Shown here: piece after piece, positions 1-15,357 of the stretch
Layout: each line of letters begins with the position of its first letter
How positions within the stretch are numbered: position 1 is the stretch's first letter
Origin: Octopus vulgaris
Taxonomy: Eukaryota
Direction: 5' to 3'
DNA length: 64,000 bases
Assembly: GCA_951406725.2 (NCBI GenBank)
Contig: OX597828.1
Coordinates: 28,086,001-28,150,000, forward strand
The notes under the pieces: generated by a model
What the model saw: the letters and a program-made list of their open reading frames with translations, nothing else
Databases searched by the model: none
What the model was told of the DNA's origin: nothing
Program-made: the position numbers and the translations under genes

Positions 1-116
1 TTAATTGAACTATTCAACTCCTAATACTTATTCTATCATTCTCTTTTGTTAAACTGCTAAGTTACGCAGACATAAACACACCAACACCAGTTGTCAAGCA
101 GTGGTTGAGGGACAAG

Positions 117-354
117 TAGTTAAGGCGGCGAGCTGGCAGAATCGTTAACACGCCCGGCGAAATACTTAGCGGTATTTTGTCTAACGCTACGTTCTGAGTT
201 CAAATTCCGCCGAGGTCGACTTTGCCTTTCATCCTTTCGGGGTCGATTAAATAAGTACCAGTCACGCACTGGGGTCGATATAATCGACTTAATCCATTTG
301 TCTGTCCTTGTTTATCCTCTCTGTGTTTAGCCCCTTGTGGGTAGTAAAGAAATA
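117..354 (+). mobile_element. tRNA-derived SINE family B (MetaSINE-like core) inserted into a family A SINE
   Basis: ggcggcgagctggcagaatcg...gagttcaaattcc (B box)...gtcgactttgcctttcatcctttcggggtcgat; 14-bp TSD ggttgagggacaag (103-116, 355-368). Confidence 0.85.
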
Positions 355-1282
355 GGTTGAGGGACAAGCACATACATAAAGACGCATACATACATACATA
401 CATATATACATATATACATACATACATACATACATACATACATACATACATAAGCATACATTCATACATACATACATACATACATACATACATACATACA
501 ACAGTCTTCTTTTGGTTTCCATCTACCAAATTCACTCACAAGGCTTTCATTGGCCCTAGGCTATGGTGGGAAACATTTATCCAAGGTGCCACACAATGGA
601 ACTGAACCCAGAACTATGTAGTCGGGAAGCAAACTTCCTACCACACAGCCACAACATGCCTGAGTATATATATATATCATTTACTGTTTAATTGAACATA
701 AAATTCCCAGAATCTTACTAATGGCCTTCTATACTAATATCATCTCGTCTTATCAATGTTTAGATATTTGAAGAGATATCTGTTCCATGTGTAAAGTAGC
801 ATTCTCACTAAAATTAAGAACTATCAGTATCCACTAGAACTAACTCTCTGAAAATGTCTTTAGAGAATCTTACTGTGCATGAAATTAGTTGGACACATGG
901 TGAATAGGTAGAAGACGGTTCTCTAAAGTATTTTAAGTACTTCAAGAATGGATGCGTTTGCAGTATTTCCAACATATGTGAGATTCATTATGAAGCAATT
1001 AGTTAATTGAAGACTTTAGAATATGCAGGTAAACTGTTAACATTCTCTATTAAGCTGGTTTTTAGTTGATATGTACATATTTATATATGCATACATACAT
1101 ACATACATACATACATGCATATATATATATATATACACACACGCGCACACACATGTATGTATGTATCTATATGTACATATATGTACACTTATACAGATAT
1201 ATACATACATATACATATTCATATATGTATATTATATATATATATATATATGTAAATATATATATGTATATATGTAAATATA

Positions 1283-1313
<31 letters not shown>

Positions 1314-1949
1314 TTATACATATTCATATAAAAATTTATACACACACACAGACACATATAGTTATGCATAAAACATTATTTTATTTGTGATTGATAAATG
1401 TTCTTAAAATTAGAAAATTTCAAAAATTTGAGGTAATCATTAGGTAGCTATTATATCACAAACAGTAATGCAAATATTGCATATTCCCGGTAGGCAAACT
1501 GCCAAATATGGTACTTCAAAGGATGGTAATGAACAGGGGCAGGGCTATCTTTAGTTGCTGTTGAGCCCATGCAAAATATGACTAAGTTGCTGCAAAGAAT
1601 TTAATGCCCCTCATACTGCAATACCTGTAATATATATTCTAACAGTACTGGGAATCAGCACTTCCAGTCACAAGACTTATTACTGCAGATGGGAATCTCT
1701 ACTCAGAGTTGGTAGGGAAATGGTACAAAGTCTTCAGACACTTTGTGCTTCTACTGCTGTAAGTCCAAAAGCAAATCTTTAAAAAGCTTACAATCATTAC
1801 CTTTTCAGATACAAAATCTCATTCTGTTGCTGACTTTACTTGTTTATCATTTAGTTTAATAAATCCCTTGAAATTCATCTCTAAATTTTAAGAATTGTTT
1901 AAGACATTTAATAGATATTGTTTTACATTAGAACTAGTAGGGTGCCAAG

Positions 1950-2324
1950 AGCACCATCCAAGCATGATCGTTGCCAGAGCTGCCAACTGGCTTTCATGCC
2001 AGTGGCACATAAAAGGGCACCATTTGAGCATGATCGTTACCAAAGTCGCCTTACTGGCACCTGTGCCGGGGGCATGTGTAAAAGGATTCAGGCAAGGTCG
2101 TTGCCAGCAACGCTTGACTGGCCTTGGTGCCGGTGGCATGTAAAAAGCACCCACTACACTCTTGGAGTGGTTGGCATTAGGAAGGGCATCCAGCTGTAGC
2201 AACTCTGCCAAATCAAGATTGGATCCTGGTGCAGCCATCTGGTTCGCCAGCCCTCAGTCAAAATCGTCCAACCCATGCTAGCATGGAAAGCGGACATTAA
2301 ACGATGATGATGATGATGATGATG
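1950..2324 (+). mobile_element. RTE 3'-end copy with (GAT)n tail
   Basis: Matches 46590-46912 (ggtggcatgtaaaaagcacccactacactc...ggaagggcatccagctgtag...aaacgatgatg). Confidence 0.8.
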
Positions 2325-3852
2325 AACTGTGGTAGAAAAAACAGTTTAAATCTATACTATAATAAGGACAGTTGCTTAGTAATTAGCTTTGAGAAAAATA
2401 TGAGGAAACAAAGTCAGTGAAGTCACACTTCTGTTGTTATGCCCTATTTTGTTTTTTTTTCTTCTGAGTGAATGAGTATTATTAGACAAATAAAGGATAC
2501 AAAGAAAAATAAGGTGTGAATTACTAGGAAATTACATAAGCTGAGAATTAAATCTAATTTAGCAGCAAGTAGTAGGAAACTGGCTGAAGGGCAGTTTTTT
2601 CAGCTAGTGTTTTTATAGGATATTTTATTGGAACAAAAAATAATTGAATACAAATCCAAGGTAGACGTAACACACAGTAATTTATTCTTTTACTTGTTTC
2701 ATTCATTGGACTGCAGCCAAGAAGGTTTTAGTCAAACAAATCAAGCCTAGTGCTTATTTTCTTATTTTTATAAGCCTGGTACTTATTCTGTTGAACTCTT
2801 TTTGCCAAAGTGCTAAGTTACATAGATGTAAATAATCTGACACTGGTTGCCAAGCAGTGATGGAACACAAACTCACACACACACACGACAGAGTTATATA
2901 TTTGATAGGTTGCTTTCACTTTCTGTCTACTAAATCTACTCTCAAGGCTTTTGTTGGCCCAGGGCTATAGTAAGAGGCACTTACACAAGGTGCCACACAA
3001 TGGGACTGAACCCAGAACCATGTGATAGGAAGCAATCTTCTAACAACACAGCCACACCCAAAATTATTGAATTATATTTTAAAAAAATTTCTTCAAAAGC
3101 AATTTAAATAATGTTTTAACTTTTAACTCTGGTCAAGTCTTATTTAAGTGGATTTATGTTCAAAGATTCACTAATCTGGATTATCCCTCCATCTTTAGTG
3201 TTTTTACGATTACATTGTTTAAGACATTCTTTATTTAAAGATGAAGTGATTTGAGAGAGATTTAACTGCTACTTATAATAGGTCAACTAACCATGCAGAG
3301 GTTTTGTATATGCTCATGTGTATACACACACCTCTGTGTGTGTATGCACATACATGTTTGTGTATGTGTGAATGTGTGTGCATACATGTACCCATGTTTT
3401 CATAATTGTTTTACTATGGGAAAGCACCAGTTGTGTAGTAGTAAGGTTCTCAGTTCCAAGGAGCAAAAACACCTCACCAAAAACACCTTAATTTTCAGGG
3501 ATGACAATCAAGAAGAAATTTTACAGCTGTTTACAACTACATTTGAGGGCTAGGTAGAAGATGTTGCCCTCCAATCCTCCATTCCCTTTCTCATTCCTGC
3601 ACCTCTAAAAAGTAGACTTGTGTGAAGTTAGATATTTTTTTATGAGTGTAAAACTTTGAAGTGGTGTAGATATTTTCAACTTTGCAAACAATAGTCAAAG
3701 AGATAAATAGTTTTTAAAGCACTCGACAATGTTTGCAGCAAGTTTTGAACTCAAAACTGTATCACCAATAATACATAATGTGTTCTTTCCTCTCTCTGGA
3801 AAGCATATATGTGAACATACTTATATTCACATACATTTATATAATGTATAAA

Positions 3853-3885
<33 letters not shown>

Positions 3886-5182
3886 GGTAGATAGGTAATG
3901 CTTTTGATAGTATATATTCATGCATGCACACATGCTTGTATGCAAATGGCTACAGCTATGTTAAAACATATATATTGCAGGCTAACAGTTCTGACACAAA
4001 ATCAAATGCTATTTTATGATGTTGATTTTTTTTCTTTATATCTTAGCCATTTCCTTTTTTTTCAAACTTCCAGGAAAAAAAATTTTATATCTAAAATGAT
4101 TTTTGAACTTATCTTCTTCATTTCTTTGACCGATGGACAATATTAATTCTTCAATTGGGAAAAATCATTGCATTCTTTATTGGCTTTTGTTCCGTCATAT
4201 GTATATATGCATGTGTGTACGTATTTCTGTCTCTGTACCTCTTTCTTTCTGTATATGATAAGCCAATATCATTTCTTTATATATAATCTGTATTGCAACC
4301 TACTGTATCTCATGTTTATTTTACCTATACATTTGTTTTTAAATAATAATAATAATAATAATAATAACAACAACAACAATAGTAAAGAAACGATAGCATC
4401 AAACTTCGCAGAAGACAGTGTTCAGTTCAGTTTGACTTACCATAAAACGAAGGCCAAGTTACTTTATGAATTTATGAGTATTTTTTACTGAGTGTTTATG
4501 TGTGTTGTCACCGTTTTCTTCAGACATTTGCTACTGGCATAGAGGATAAAATAAAAAATAAAAATATAGAAAAAAATATATCTTTCATCATTGCATGTAA
4601 TTAATAGTGAAAAAATGTTGATTTTTCATATTTTTTTCTCTATAATTAAAGGGGAAGAAAATCATAAACTTTATGCACTGGACAAATATTTCTTCTTCCC
4701 CTCTGTCTTTTTATGCATGATATTGTGGGAGTTTTGTTGGAAAATATCAGGAAGATGTGAAGAACTTTCTCTTTTTTTTTTTTTTTTATATTTTTGAACA
4801 ACTGCATGTTTGGAATAACAGAATAACATATAGAACTGATTCAGAAAAAAAAAGAAAAAGAAAAAGAAAATTGTAAGAATTTAAGAGAATATTTATATAT
4901 CTATATAAATGTCACATTTTTCCTTTCCTTTCTTTATATTATATATCTCTTCTATGTGCACATATATGCATTTAAGTGTCTTTCCACATCTTCAGATATA
5001 GTTATGGATGTACTGTATTAAAATATGTCTGAATGGATCTTCTTTTCAAGGGATAAACAACAAAACTTTGATAAATAAAAATTCTGATATTGATAAACAA
5101 TTATTTATATTCAAAAAAATATATTTAAATAAAATAAAATATACCTAAAGAAATACCAAGAATCTGATACCTGATCTTACCA

Positions 5183-5215
<33 letters not shown>

Positions 5216-5676
5216 AATACATACACACATACATACATATGTATTTATACATACATATATACGAGCAGCAAGGTAAACATAAAATTAGATTGCAACGAGT
5301 ATAAACATATAAGAACTTTTATAGAATCATCTCTACAACTTCTTGTATTAGTTTTCGTTTATTTCAAAATAATACATACAAGTTGAAATTTATTGCAGAA
5401 GTTCAGTGTTTCACTTTTAAGTGTAGTTTGCGCAAGGGTTGTGTACATATTTAAGGTGTTTTTTTTTATTAAAAAAAATATTAAAAAAACATAGTATTCT
5501 TTCATATATGTAATAATAATGCCTTATACCTGTGTCTCTTTCTCACATCTGAATTTCTGGAATTGTTTACATACATATATGTATATAAATTTATCTCTTT
5601 CTCTCTCTCTCTCTATATATATATATATTATATATGTGTGTGTGTGTGTATATGTATGTATATATGTATATGTATG

Positions 5677-5729
<53 letters not shown>

Positions 5730-5753
5730 GGATATATGTATGTATATATATGT

Positions 5754-5786
<33 letters not shown>

Positions 5787-7344
5787 AGCATACATAAATA
5801 TAGATATATATATAATTAGAATTTTATTCTTTATTTCTACCGATTTCGATAGCTTGTTTTGTCAATGTGTATTTTATGAATATGTGAGAGCATTGGCAAA
5901 AGTCTATTTTATTTCATTTTTTTTTCATTTTGTTCTTAAATGTGTTAATATCTGTATATTTGTCTGTAAGTGTGTATATATATCTGTATATAATAATATC
6001 CATACATAGGTCCATATATGTTTGTAAATATCTAGCTTAAATATTACAGACCCGTCCCAAATATTTCAGTGTCTCTCTATATATTTTTTCTTACCTGAAC
6101 TGTTGAATTAATATTATTTAACTACCATCCACCCTCCAAATATCATTCAAGGCCTATAACTGAAGTCATTCCAAATGTGACCATCCAGTCTTTTAGGGAT
6201 ATATAGGATTTATAATATTTAACATGTCAATCAGCAATTTGTCTCTGAGGAGATTAGATGAAACTATTAAGTCTGGTGATCCACTGGCAACCTGAGCAGC
6301 ACCATGTATTTTTAACAGACAAGTCTCTTTGAGCTATTTCTCCGAGACAGAATATTATAGTCAGTGCTGCTCCACATGTATATAAACATTATAAATGCAT
6401 AAAATGTGTCTAAAAGTGATATTACAATCTAAGGATTTTTTTAGGTGCTTATATTACCATAAACATTTTGGTGTGTGTGTGTGTATCTTTATATTTTTTG
6501 TGAATTTTATCAAAGTCTGCATATTTTTTTTATCTATAAAAGTTGCACTGCTTCTTAAGTTCTCTACATTATACAATATCTTAAATTCAACTCAATATTA
6601 AATAAATTGTCGCTTTAAAACTTGAGTCACATAATAGGTTTTGGGAAACTGAAATTATGCATCCGAAAATGAAACTAGGAATACGTTCTTGAAATAATTG
6701 AAGTTATTCTGTATGCGTGTTTTTATGTGTGTGTTTATGTACTTTTGTGTGTGCATTTAAGTGCATGTGTTTATGTATACATACATATGTGTGAGTGTCC
6801 CCTACTGGAATAGCTAAGTATCTCCTATATGGCAAAACAACTCTCTTGGTCCCTCTGTTATCCCCTAACCTCTTATCGGACACACAGCCACTTCCCTTGG
6901 TTCTCTCAACTAAAAGGTCTTTGTTTTGCAAGCTATTTGGTGACCCCACTGGTGCCATGTGGAAAAGCAACCAGTACAGTCTGTAGAGAGGTTTGTATTC
7001 GGAAGGGCATCCAACCATAGGAATGATGCCACAACCGACAATTGGAGCCTGGTGCCAACATGGAAATTGGACATTAAATGATGATGATGACAACGACGAT
7101 GTGTGTATATAAATCATCATTGTTTTAATGTCCACTTTTTCATACCTCCATGGACCTGACAGAATACATTGAGGCAGAATTCCTTTGCATGGATGCCCTC
7201 CCTGTCACCAACATTCACCTGTTTCCAAGCAACATAATATTTCCCCATGGCTTGATATGCTTCCATAGAAAATTGGAAATGTATAATACTGCTTGAATAA
7301 TAATGATGTTAGTATTCAACTGTCACACAATCTCAAGACAAAGA

Positions 7345-7382
<38 letters not shown>

Positions 7383-7539
7383 ATGAGCTTCTTTCCTTTT
7401 CTGTCTACCAAATCCACTTGCAAAGCTTTGGCCAGCCTGGGGTTGTAGCAGAAGACACATGTCCAAGGCATGCCATACAGTGGAAGTTAACCATAAATGA
7501 GGTGGTCTGGAAGTGGACTTCTTAACTACAGAGCCATGC

Positions 7540-7592
<53 letters not shown>

Positions 7593-8822
7593 CATATACC
7601 TGCTTGCATACTTACAGGGATAAAGCATGAAGCCCCTTATGAATCATCATAGACTCATAGGGCCAGTTTCCTGAATTCTCAGGTGTATACATTCCATCCT
7701 GGACAGGATGCTGATCCATCAAATGGAGAGACTCATTTTTGCCAGCTGAGTGGATGGGAGCAACATGAAATGAAGTATCTTGCTCAAGAGCACAACACTT
7801 TGCACAGTCCAGGTATTGAAACCACAGTCTTACCATCAAGAGTCCAATAGCCTAACCACTAAGCTACATGTCTCTGCTAATACAAACATACATACATACA
7901 TACATACATGTGCATGCATATATACATACATACATAAATACATTGATAAATACATACATATGCATGTATGCATGCATACATACATAAAATACATATGTAT
8001 GCATACATACATATGCATGTATGTATGCATTCATACATACATACCTGCATTCATGCATGCGTAAATACATACACACATGCATGCATACTTACATACATAC
8101 ACATATACATATGCATGCATGTTTATAGTGTATGCAGGTATTTATAAATATGTGCTTATGTATGTCTTTGTGTATGCATGCATATATATATATATATTAT
8201 ATCATATTATATAGTCCGAATAATTTCGATGCTCGTTGAAGGGTGTCAATCCTAGTTCATGGTTGAATTGTTGGTGTAAGAAAGGACATCCAGCATTAAA
8301 GCATTTTGCTTGAATAATTCATGAAAATATCTGAATTTGAAACATGTAACCAAGGTTGGTATAGAAAAAAAAACTTTAAAAAACTGTTATATAAAAACTA
8401 TTTAAAACATATATTTTGGTAGGGTACCATTTGACATCACTGAAAATGAAAAAAAAATTGTCTCTCAATAGAGAATGGACTTTGGTAATTCTAACATGGC
8501 TCACTTCCACTACATCACCCAGAAGACAAAACAAACAAAAAAAAAATTATTAACTGCCAATAATGGGATATGCTTGTATTATTTAAAGGTCTGTTGCTTT
8601 CTCTTTAAGCTGTATTAGCTAAATATACTTTTTAATTTTTTTTATATATTTTCTTAGTTTTTTGGGGGTTTTTATTAGTTTTTTTTATTGGGACCCACAT
8701 CACTTAATAATTCCTTCTTTGCCCATATGTCACTGATGAAGAAACATGTAAACAAAGTTATAGTTTGTTTTTTTTTAGCTAAGTTTTTGACCTGTGCATA
8801 GAAAAATTTTCTAGAAAATAAA

Positions 8823-8871
<49 letters not shown>

Positions 8872-10282
8872 TGGTGGTGGTGATGGTGATAGCATTAACC
8901 ATGATAACAGTAACAATAATGGTAATGATAATAAACGGCAGCACACTAACATTTTTGCTATTCGGTCAAACAGAAATGTTTTATGCTTGGCGCTGGCCCC
9001 CCAGAAACAGAGATAAACTGTATACGTATGCATTCATGTATGCGTGTGTGCTTGTGTGTGTGTGTATGCAAGGAATATGATGCTAAAAAGCTGTTTAGAC
9101 GTATTTATTTTCATTTATCTTGCTAGTTTTTTTTTTATTTGTTTTCTGCCTTATTTTGGTCTTGTGATGAGGAAGCGCTTATTGAAGCATTCTACAATGA
9201 GGCTAACACAATGCTCTTATGTAGATACAGATTGTTCAACTTTTATAAGCAAAACAAAATGTTAAAGTAAAAAATATTTATTGAATTATTTTTTCTTTTT
9301 ATCGTTCTACATTATTGGTTAAAATTGATTATTGATTCCAGTTATCCCATAGATATATGCCCTTGCCCTAACGTATCTCGCCAGTATTTTGTTTCTTTTT
9401 TGTTTTTGTGATATTTTTCTTTTGTATTTTTTTTGGTTTGTTATTTTTCTCTTTTTGTTTCTGCTCTTCTGGGTTTTTTTTCGTGTTTTTTTTTTGTGCG
9501 CTATAACTTAAGAATAATGTCATAAAGCAATAAAATATCAATAGACTTTGTGTTTTGTGGCCCTTTAGCTTGAACTAATTAAGTTTTCTGATGTTCAGAT
9601 ATGTCAGAGAAGAAAGTCTGATCTATATAATTCTGATACAAGAAATTGGTGCTTGCTAGATTGATCTGCAAGATACAAAACATGAAAATTATCTGATCAA
9701 ATGTTTGGTGTTTCCCCACAATTGTTACATGTCAGATATGGCCTTACTTTTTGATCAATTATATCCAAACATCATCATCATCATCATCATCATCATCATA
9801 ATTATCATCATCATCATAATTATCATCATCATCATAATTATCATCATCATCATAATTATCATCATCATCATTATCATTTAATGTCCTTTTCCATGCTGGT
9901 ATGGGTTGGATTGTACAACAGGAGCTAACAAGCCTAAGGACTGCAACAAGCTCCATATAGCATAGTTTCTTTGACTGGACATCCCTTCTTAATGCCAACC
10001 ACTTTACAGAGTGTACAGGGTACCTTTTACATGGCACTAGTACTAGTGAGGTTACTATGTAACTTGCAAGACATGACCCTTCAACTGAAGTAGGAGGAGT
10101 TGTATCAAGACAGGTGGCTTTAGGACAGGAGCAGGTGTTTTGCTATGCAAAAGTTCCATGGTTACTCCATTTGGAAAAGGAAGGGAATAATGTTATCAAA
10201 CCCCTCCTTCCAGTCTGTGTAGATTGGATGGGGATGGGAACTAATATTAACCTTGTTGATTTTGAAATTCAAAACTTCAGAA

Positions 10283-10609
10283 CAGGGATCCCCAGACAGC
10301 TGATTTGCAGACCTGTACCGAGTTTCAGAATAGTATCACATCATGGATCACATGGTACCATGTTGCACAGAAAGAACAAGTTTTTAAGTCTTGAATTGCA
10401 TTATATATATATATATTACAATGTAATAACAGTAAAAATAAAAGTGCATTGATGCACGGTATAGTAATTACATTTGCATTGTATATGAATAATTAAATTA
10501 CTTATAATGCACTCTTGATTGTATTTTGTTATTCATTTGATCCCCCAGTCCATGGGAAAATTGTCTTGCATAAAACAGATTTGTGGTAGAAAAAGGTTGG
10601 AAATGACTG
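10283..10609. mobile_element. Degenerate hAT MITE
   Basis: Begins cagggatcccca, ends aaaaggttggaaatgactg; TSD not convincing. Confidence 0.45.
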
Positions 10610-11728
10610 CTATAGAGTATTGAAACATGGTTGTTATTTCATCAGCGTTTATTCTATATTCTTGTGTTTTACATTACATCAAGAGATTGTTTGAAATATC
10701 CTTCAGTTATTTTGATTTCTCTTATGGTGAAGATATCTTTGATTTATCACAACTACTAAAATGAGAATTTGACATCCATGTCATTTTTGAAGGCATTGGT
10801 AGCATAATCAAAAGATTTACTCCCAAAAGAATTAAGTTTCAGTTGCAAACCAAACTTATGACAATATATCAACTCAGATTAGAGCAAATCACATGAAGTT
10901 TTCTTGCCTCTCTTAATGTATTGCGCTTGCTTAACAATGGAAATTCTATACCATAATGGAATGAGTTGCCTATTAATTAGTTGGTATTATGTAACTTTTA
11001 CTAAAAGAATGTAATTATTAAAGACTTGGCTGTTTAGAAAATTTTTGTAGATTCCAGTTTTAATATATTTTTATCAACATGTGATTTTGAATTTTCCATC
11101 ATTATTGAATATTTCAAGTACACACTTCAGTCACAAATTTTATTCAATGCAATATTTCAGTTTGCTGCAGAGTAGGATTCTTAACATCCATTTATACTTT
11201 ATATTCTAAAGGTTGCTCAAATATTTGCAATGCCACTCTCCACAAATTTAACTCTGCATCAACCAAGTTATGTTGATTCCAGTATCCTTTCATATTTGTA
11301 GGGTTGTTGGGGAATAAGAAAACAAGCTTTCACTTTCCCTGGTCAATTAGGCATAACTACAGAAGTGTACCACTGCAGCTCTCAGTTTCATCTTATGTAT
11401 GTAAATATCTGTGTGTGTGTGTGTGCGTGTGTGTAGGTGCATGGACAAATGGTTAGAGCATCACACTCATGATCACAAGATGTTGGTTTTGATTCCCAGG
11501 CCAGTGACGTGCTCTTGAGCGAAACACTTCATTTTACATTGCCCCAGTCCACTCAGCTGTAAAAGGGTCACCCTGCAATGGATTGGTGTTGCATTCTGTG
11601 GAGAACGTCAGTTTGTCCACCTCCCCAACAATCATTTGAAAGCTAAAACAATGCAAGGAAGTGCATTGTGACCAGTGGTGTATAACAAAATTCAATAGTC
11701 TGGTTGGTGTAGTGCTACACACACACAC

Positions 11729-11772
<44 letters not shown>

Positions 11773-11780
<8 letters not shown>

Positions 11781-11975
11781 CAAAATAAAAACATGATGCC
11801 AATGATTCAGCGGTACATATGTTTCAGGCCTTTATTAGACGGATTTATAACAATGTACCGCTGAATCATTGGCATCATGTTTTTATTTTGATTAATTTAC
11901 TCCACCACCTACACCACCAAACGTTATATACAGGTGCTTACAATTATCAAGTACTCACCCTGAATTTCTCTAAAT
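11773..11975. mobile_element. Fold-back repeat (46-bp perfect inverted arms) inside (TA)n, probably a Penelope-like terminus
   Basis: 11773-11818 and 11853-11898 are reverse complements; the spacer on the minus strand reads ctaataa-aggcct-gaaa-catatg-ta (hammerhead-like). Confidence 0.5.
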
Positions 11976-12322
11976 ATATATATATATATACATATGTAGC
12001 CTCGCAGAGGTTAGTGACTGAGACCTTTGGCGATGTGGTGTGCTTGAGAGGACCCATCAAACCAAGTGCATCCATGCTGGTGGTATGTAAAGAACATCTT
12101 TCAAGCATTGGGCCTCATGGAGGCAAACTAGTTGAGTTCCTTTCAAGTGTTGGACCTCGCTGAGGCAAAGTGGCTCAGTTCCTTTCAAGAGTTGGCTTGT
12201 CAGTTCTCAGTCAAACCATCCAACCTAGTGACGAAGTGACGATGATGATATATATATATGTGTGTGTTTGTATGTATGTATGTATGTATGTATGTATGTA
12301 TGTATGTATGTATGTATGTATG

Positions 12323-12368
<46 letters not shown>

Positions 12369-12410
12369 CATATGTATGTACATATATGTATATATATGTA
12401 TGTATGTGTG

Positions 12411-12446
<36 letters not shown>

Positions 12447-12447
12447 C

Positions 12448-12483
<36 letters not shown>

Positions 12484-12529
12484 GTATGTACATATATGTA
12501 TATATATGTATGTGTGTATATAATATATA

Positions 12530-13100
12530 TCATCATCATCATCATCATCATTTAACGTCCGCTTTCCATGCTAGCATGGGTTGGACGGTTCAACTGGGGT
12601 CTGGGGAGCCCGAAAGCTGCACCAGTCCAGTCAGATCTGGCAGTGTTTCTACAGCTGGATGCCCTTCCTAACGCCAACCACTCCGAGAGTGTAGTGGGTG
12701 ATTTTATGTGCCACCGACACAGGTGCCAGACGAGGCTGGCAAACGGCCACGCTCGGATGGTGTTTTTTATGTGCCACCGACACAGGTGCCAGACGAGGCT
12801 GGCAGACGGCCACGCTCGGATGGTGTTTTTATGTGCCACCGACACAGGTGCCAGATGAGGCTGGCAAACGGCCACGATCGGATGGTGCTTGTTACGTGCC
12901 CACAGCACGGAGGCCAGTCGATGCGGTACTGGCTACGGCCACGTTCGGATGGTTTTCTTGTGTGCCACGTGCCACCGGCACTGGTACCACAAAGATACAA
13001 ATTCCATTGATGTTCATCTATTTTGATTTGTTTTGATTTTCACTTGCCTCAACAGGTCTTCACAAGTGTCACAAGAAGGAAGGTATGCACAGGTGGACTG
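12530..13100 (-). mobile_element. RTE 3'-end copy with expanded ~63-bp internal repeats
   Basis: Reverse complement of the RTE 3' UTR; three near-identical tgtgccaccgacacaggtgccagacgaggctggc units at 12707-12890. Confidence 0.8.
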
Positions 13101-13102
13101 AC

Positions 13103-13133
<31 letters not shown>

Positions 13134-13635
13134 TTATTATTGTGTACATGTGTGTATGTATATAAATATATATTATATACACAATATAACTTTTGTCTTT
13201 ACTTTTACATGTTTCAGCCATTAGACTGTGGCCATGCTGGGGCACCACATTCAAAGATTTCAATCAAATGAATTCACCCCTGTACTTATATATCTTTAAA
13301 GCCTGCTACTTATTCTATTGGTCTCTTCTTGCTGAACCGCTATGTCATGGGAAATGTAAATACATTAACACCGGTTGTCAAGTAGTGATGGTGGAGGACA
13401 AAGGGCAGATACAAAGACACTATGCATATATATACAAATAAGCATGTGTATATATTTATGAATATGTATATACATAAGCATATATATCATCATCTTCATT
13501 ATTGTTTAACATCCGCTTTCCATGCTTGCATGGGACAGTTTCACAAGAGCCAGTTAAGCACTAGACTTCTGTGACTATTTTGGCAGGATTTTTACAGTTG
13601 GATGCCCTTCCTAACACCAACCACTCAGCAGAGTG

Positions 13636-13666
<31 letters not shown>

Positions 13667-13702
13667 TTATGTATATATGTATACATAAACATATGTATAT
13701 AT

Positions 13703-13743
<41 letters not shown>

Positions 13744-14768
13744 TTATATATGTGTGTGTATAGTTTTTGTATTTTCCTCTTATTGGTTTTAACTATATCA
13801 TATTTGTAATAATAATAATATTTGTATAAACTGTGTTTAGATGTATACATAGCGCACACGTGTCTCATTTTTTTTCTCTTTTTATCCAAATTTAATTTAT
13901 GCTTATTTGAATTTGTCATCAGAAATATAGAATTGGAATAATTGTATTTGTAGCATCTCATTTACATCCATCTGCAAGTATATATATTTTTGCGGATTCA
14001 TCTATCCCAAATACCACTGTACTTTTATGACTGTTCTATATGTGTATATATATAGAGAGAGAATATTTGTATGTGTATATATATAGAGAGAGAGAGAGTC
14101 TACTCATGTGCATGTAAACTGGTATATTTCCTTATTTGTTACATAGTGTGTGTGTGTGTGGGGGGGTGTCAATGTATTAAAAGCAAGCTTCGTTATTCCA
14201 TGTGTAGAAGTATATTTTTCTTCTTTTCAGGAATCAATAAACAACACACTTTGTGCTCCAAGGGACACACATATTTATCGACATGTAACAGATATCTGCC
14301 TTGTAGAGGTGCACTCTTCATTTTGTGCCAAAGTGTTGTAAATAGAGGCGTGAGAAAGCAGCAGTTGTCTGCAAGGTATTTACCAAAGACTTATATAGAA
14401 TGCTGGCACTTATGCTGGCCATAACAGCACTGTACTTAAGCCTGACAATAGACATCCATTGTCTCGGCAACCTGACTACCCTTCTGTTTTATACACATAT
14501 ACAGACAGACTTAGTGCTGATGTAAAACTTGTATTTCTTCTACCAGTTAACTCACTTTGGTTAGTTAAATGACAGTTATTTCCTGGTCGCAGTTCAATTA
14601 GTAACTGATGAAAATGTTATATGGCTAGTAGAGATTAAAAACAAAAAGAGAGAAAAAAGTGACATTACTAGCAATAACTATTATTTCATCATATGGACTT
14701 AACCAAAAAATACTGAAATTCTGTCAGGCACCAAATAAGGATACCTTTAGTGATTTGCATGTTTATTT

Positions 14769-15052
14769 CATCATCATCATCATCATCGTTTAACGTCTGT
14801 TTTCCGCGCTAGCACGGGTTGGATGGTTTGACCGGGGTCTGGGGAGCCAGGGGCTGCCCCAGGCTCCAGTCTGGTCTGGCAGTGTTTCTACGGCTGGATG
14901 CCCTTCCTAATGCCAACCACTCCGCGAGTGTAGTGAGTGTTTTTTACGTGCCACCTGCACAGGTGCCAGATGGAGCTGGCGAACGGCCACGAACGGATGG
15001 TGTTTTTATGTGTCACCGGCACAGGGCCAGGCAATGCTGGCAACGGACACGA
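14769..15052 (-). mobile_element. RTE 3'-end copy
   Basis: (CAT)n-cgtttaacgtc...ggatgcccttcctaatgccaaccac. Similar copies at about 16215-16516(+), 24662-24830(-), 32270-32466(+), 50220-50575(+), 60136-60425(-) and 63035-63256(+). Confidence 0.75.
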
Positions 15053-15357
15053 ACATTGTTGTCATTGTGAATTGATTTGAAAAATTTAGTGAAATACTCA
15101 AAGATGTCTTGTTGTGAAAAGGATATTTGGTTTAGTTCTTCTGAATTGCAAACTCCCAGGAATTATGCAGCACTGGAGAAACTTTTGCTGAATTGATTTG
15201 CTTCTTGTAAAATTTTTGGATAAACAAAACTAATAATAAGAATCGGTAAAGATTATTAATCCCTTAAAATATATAATATGAAATTTGACTTCTTAGGTAT
15301 TTCAAGAATCTTTAGTTTATTTCAAAAACATTAAAAACTTAAATCATAAAATATATA

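Noticed and set aside
1646-1758. Possible exon (aacAG...GTAAGT, one open frame YWESALPVTRLITADG...)
   Set aside because: Weak polypyrimidine tract, no recognisable homology, not WDR4-like.
3750-9560. 3' UTR-like AT-rich, transposon-poor region with AATAAA sites
   Set aside because: Suggestive only; no terminal coding exon identified, and AATAAA is frequent by chance at this composition.
14231-14375. Possible exon after ttcttttcAG
   Set aside because: Good acceptor but weak donor and no recognisable peptide; unsupported without RNA data.
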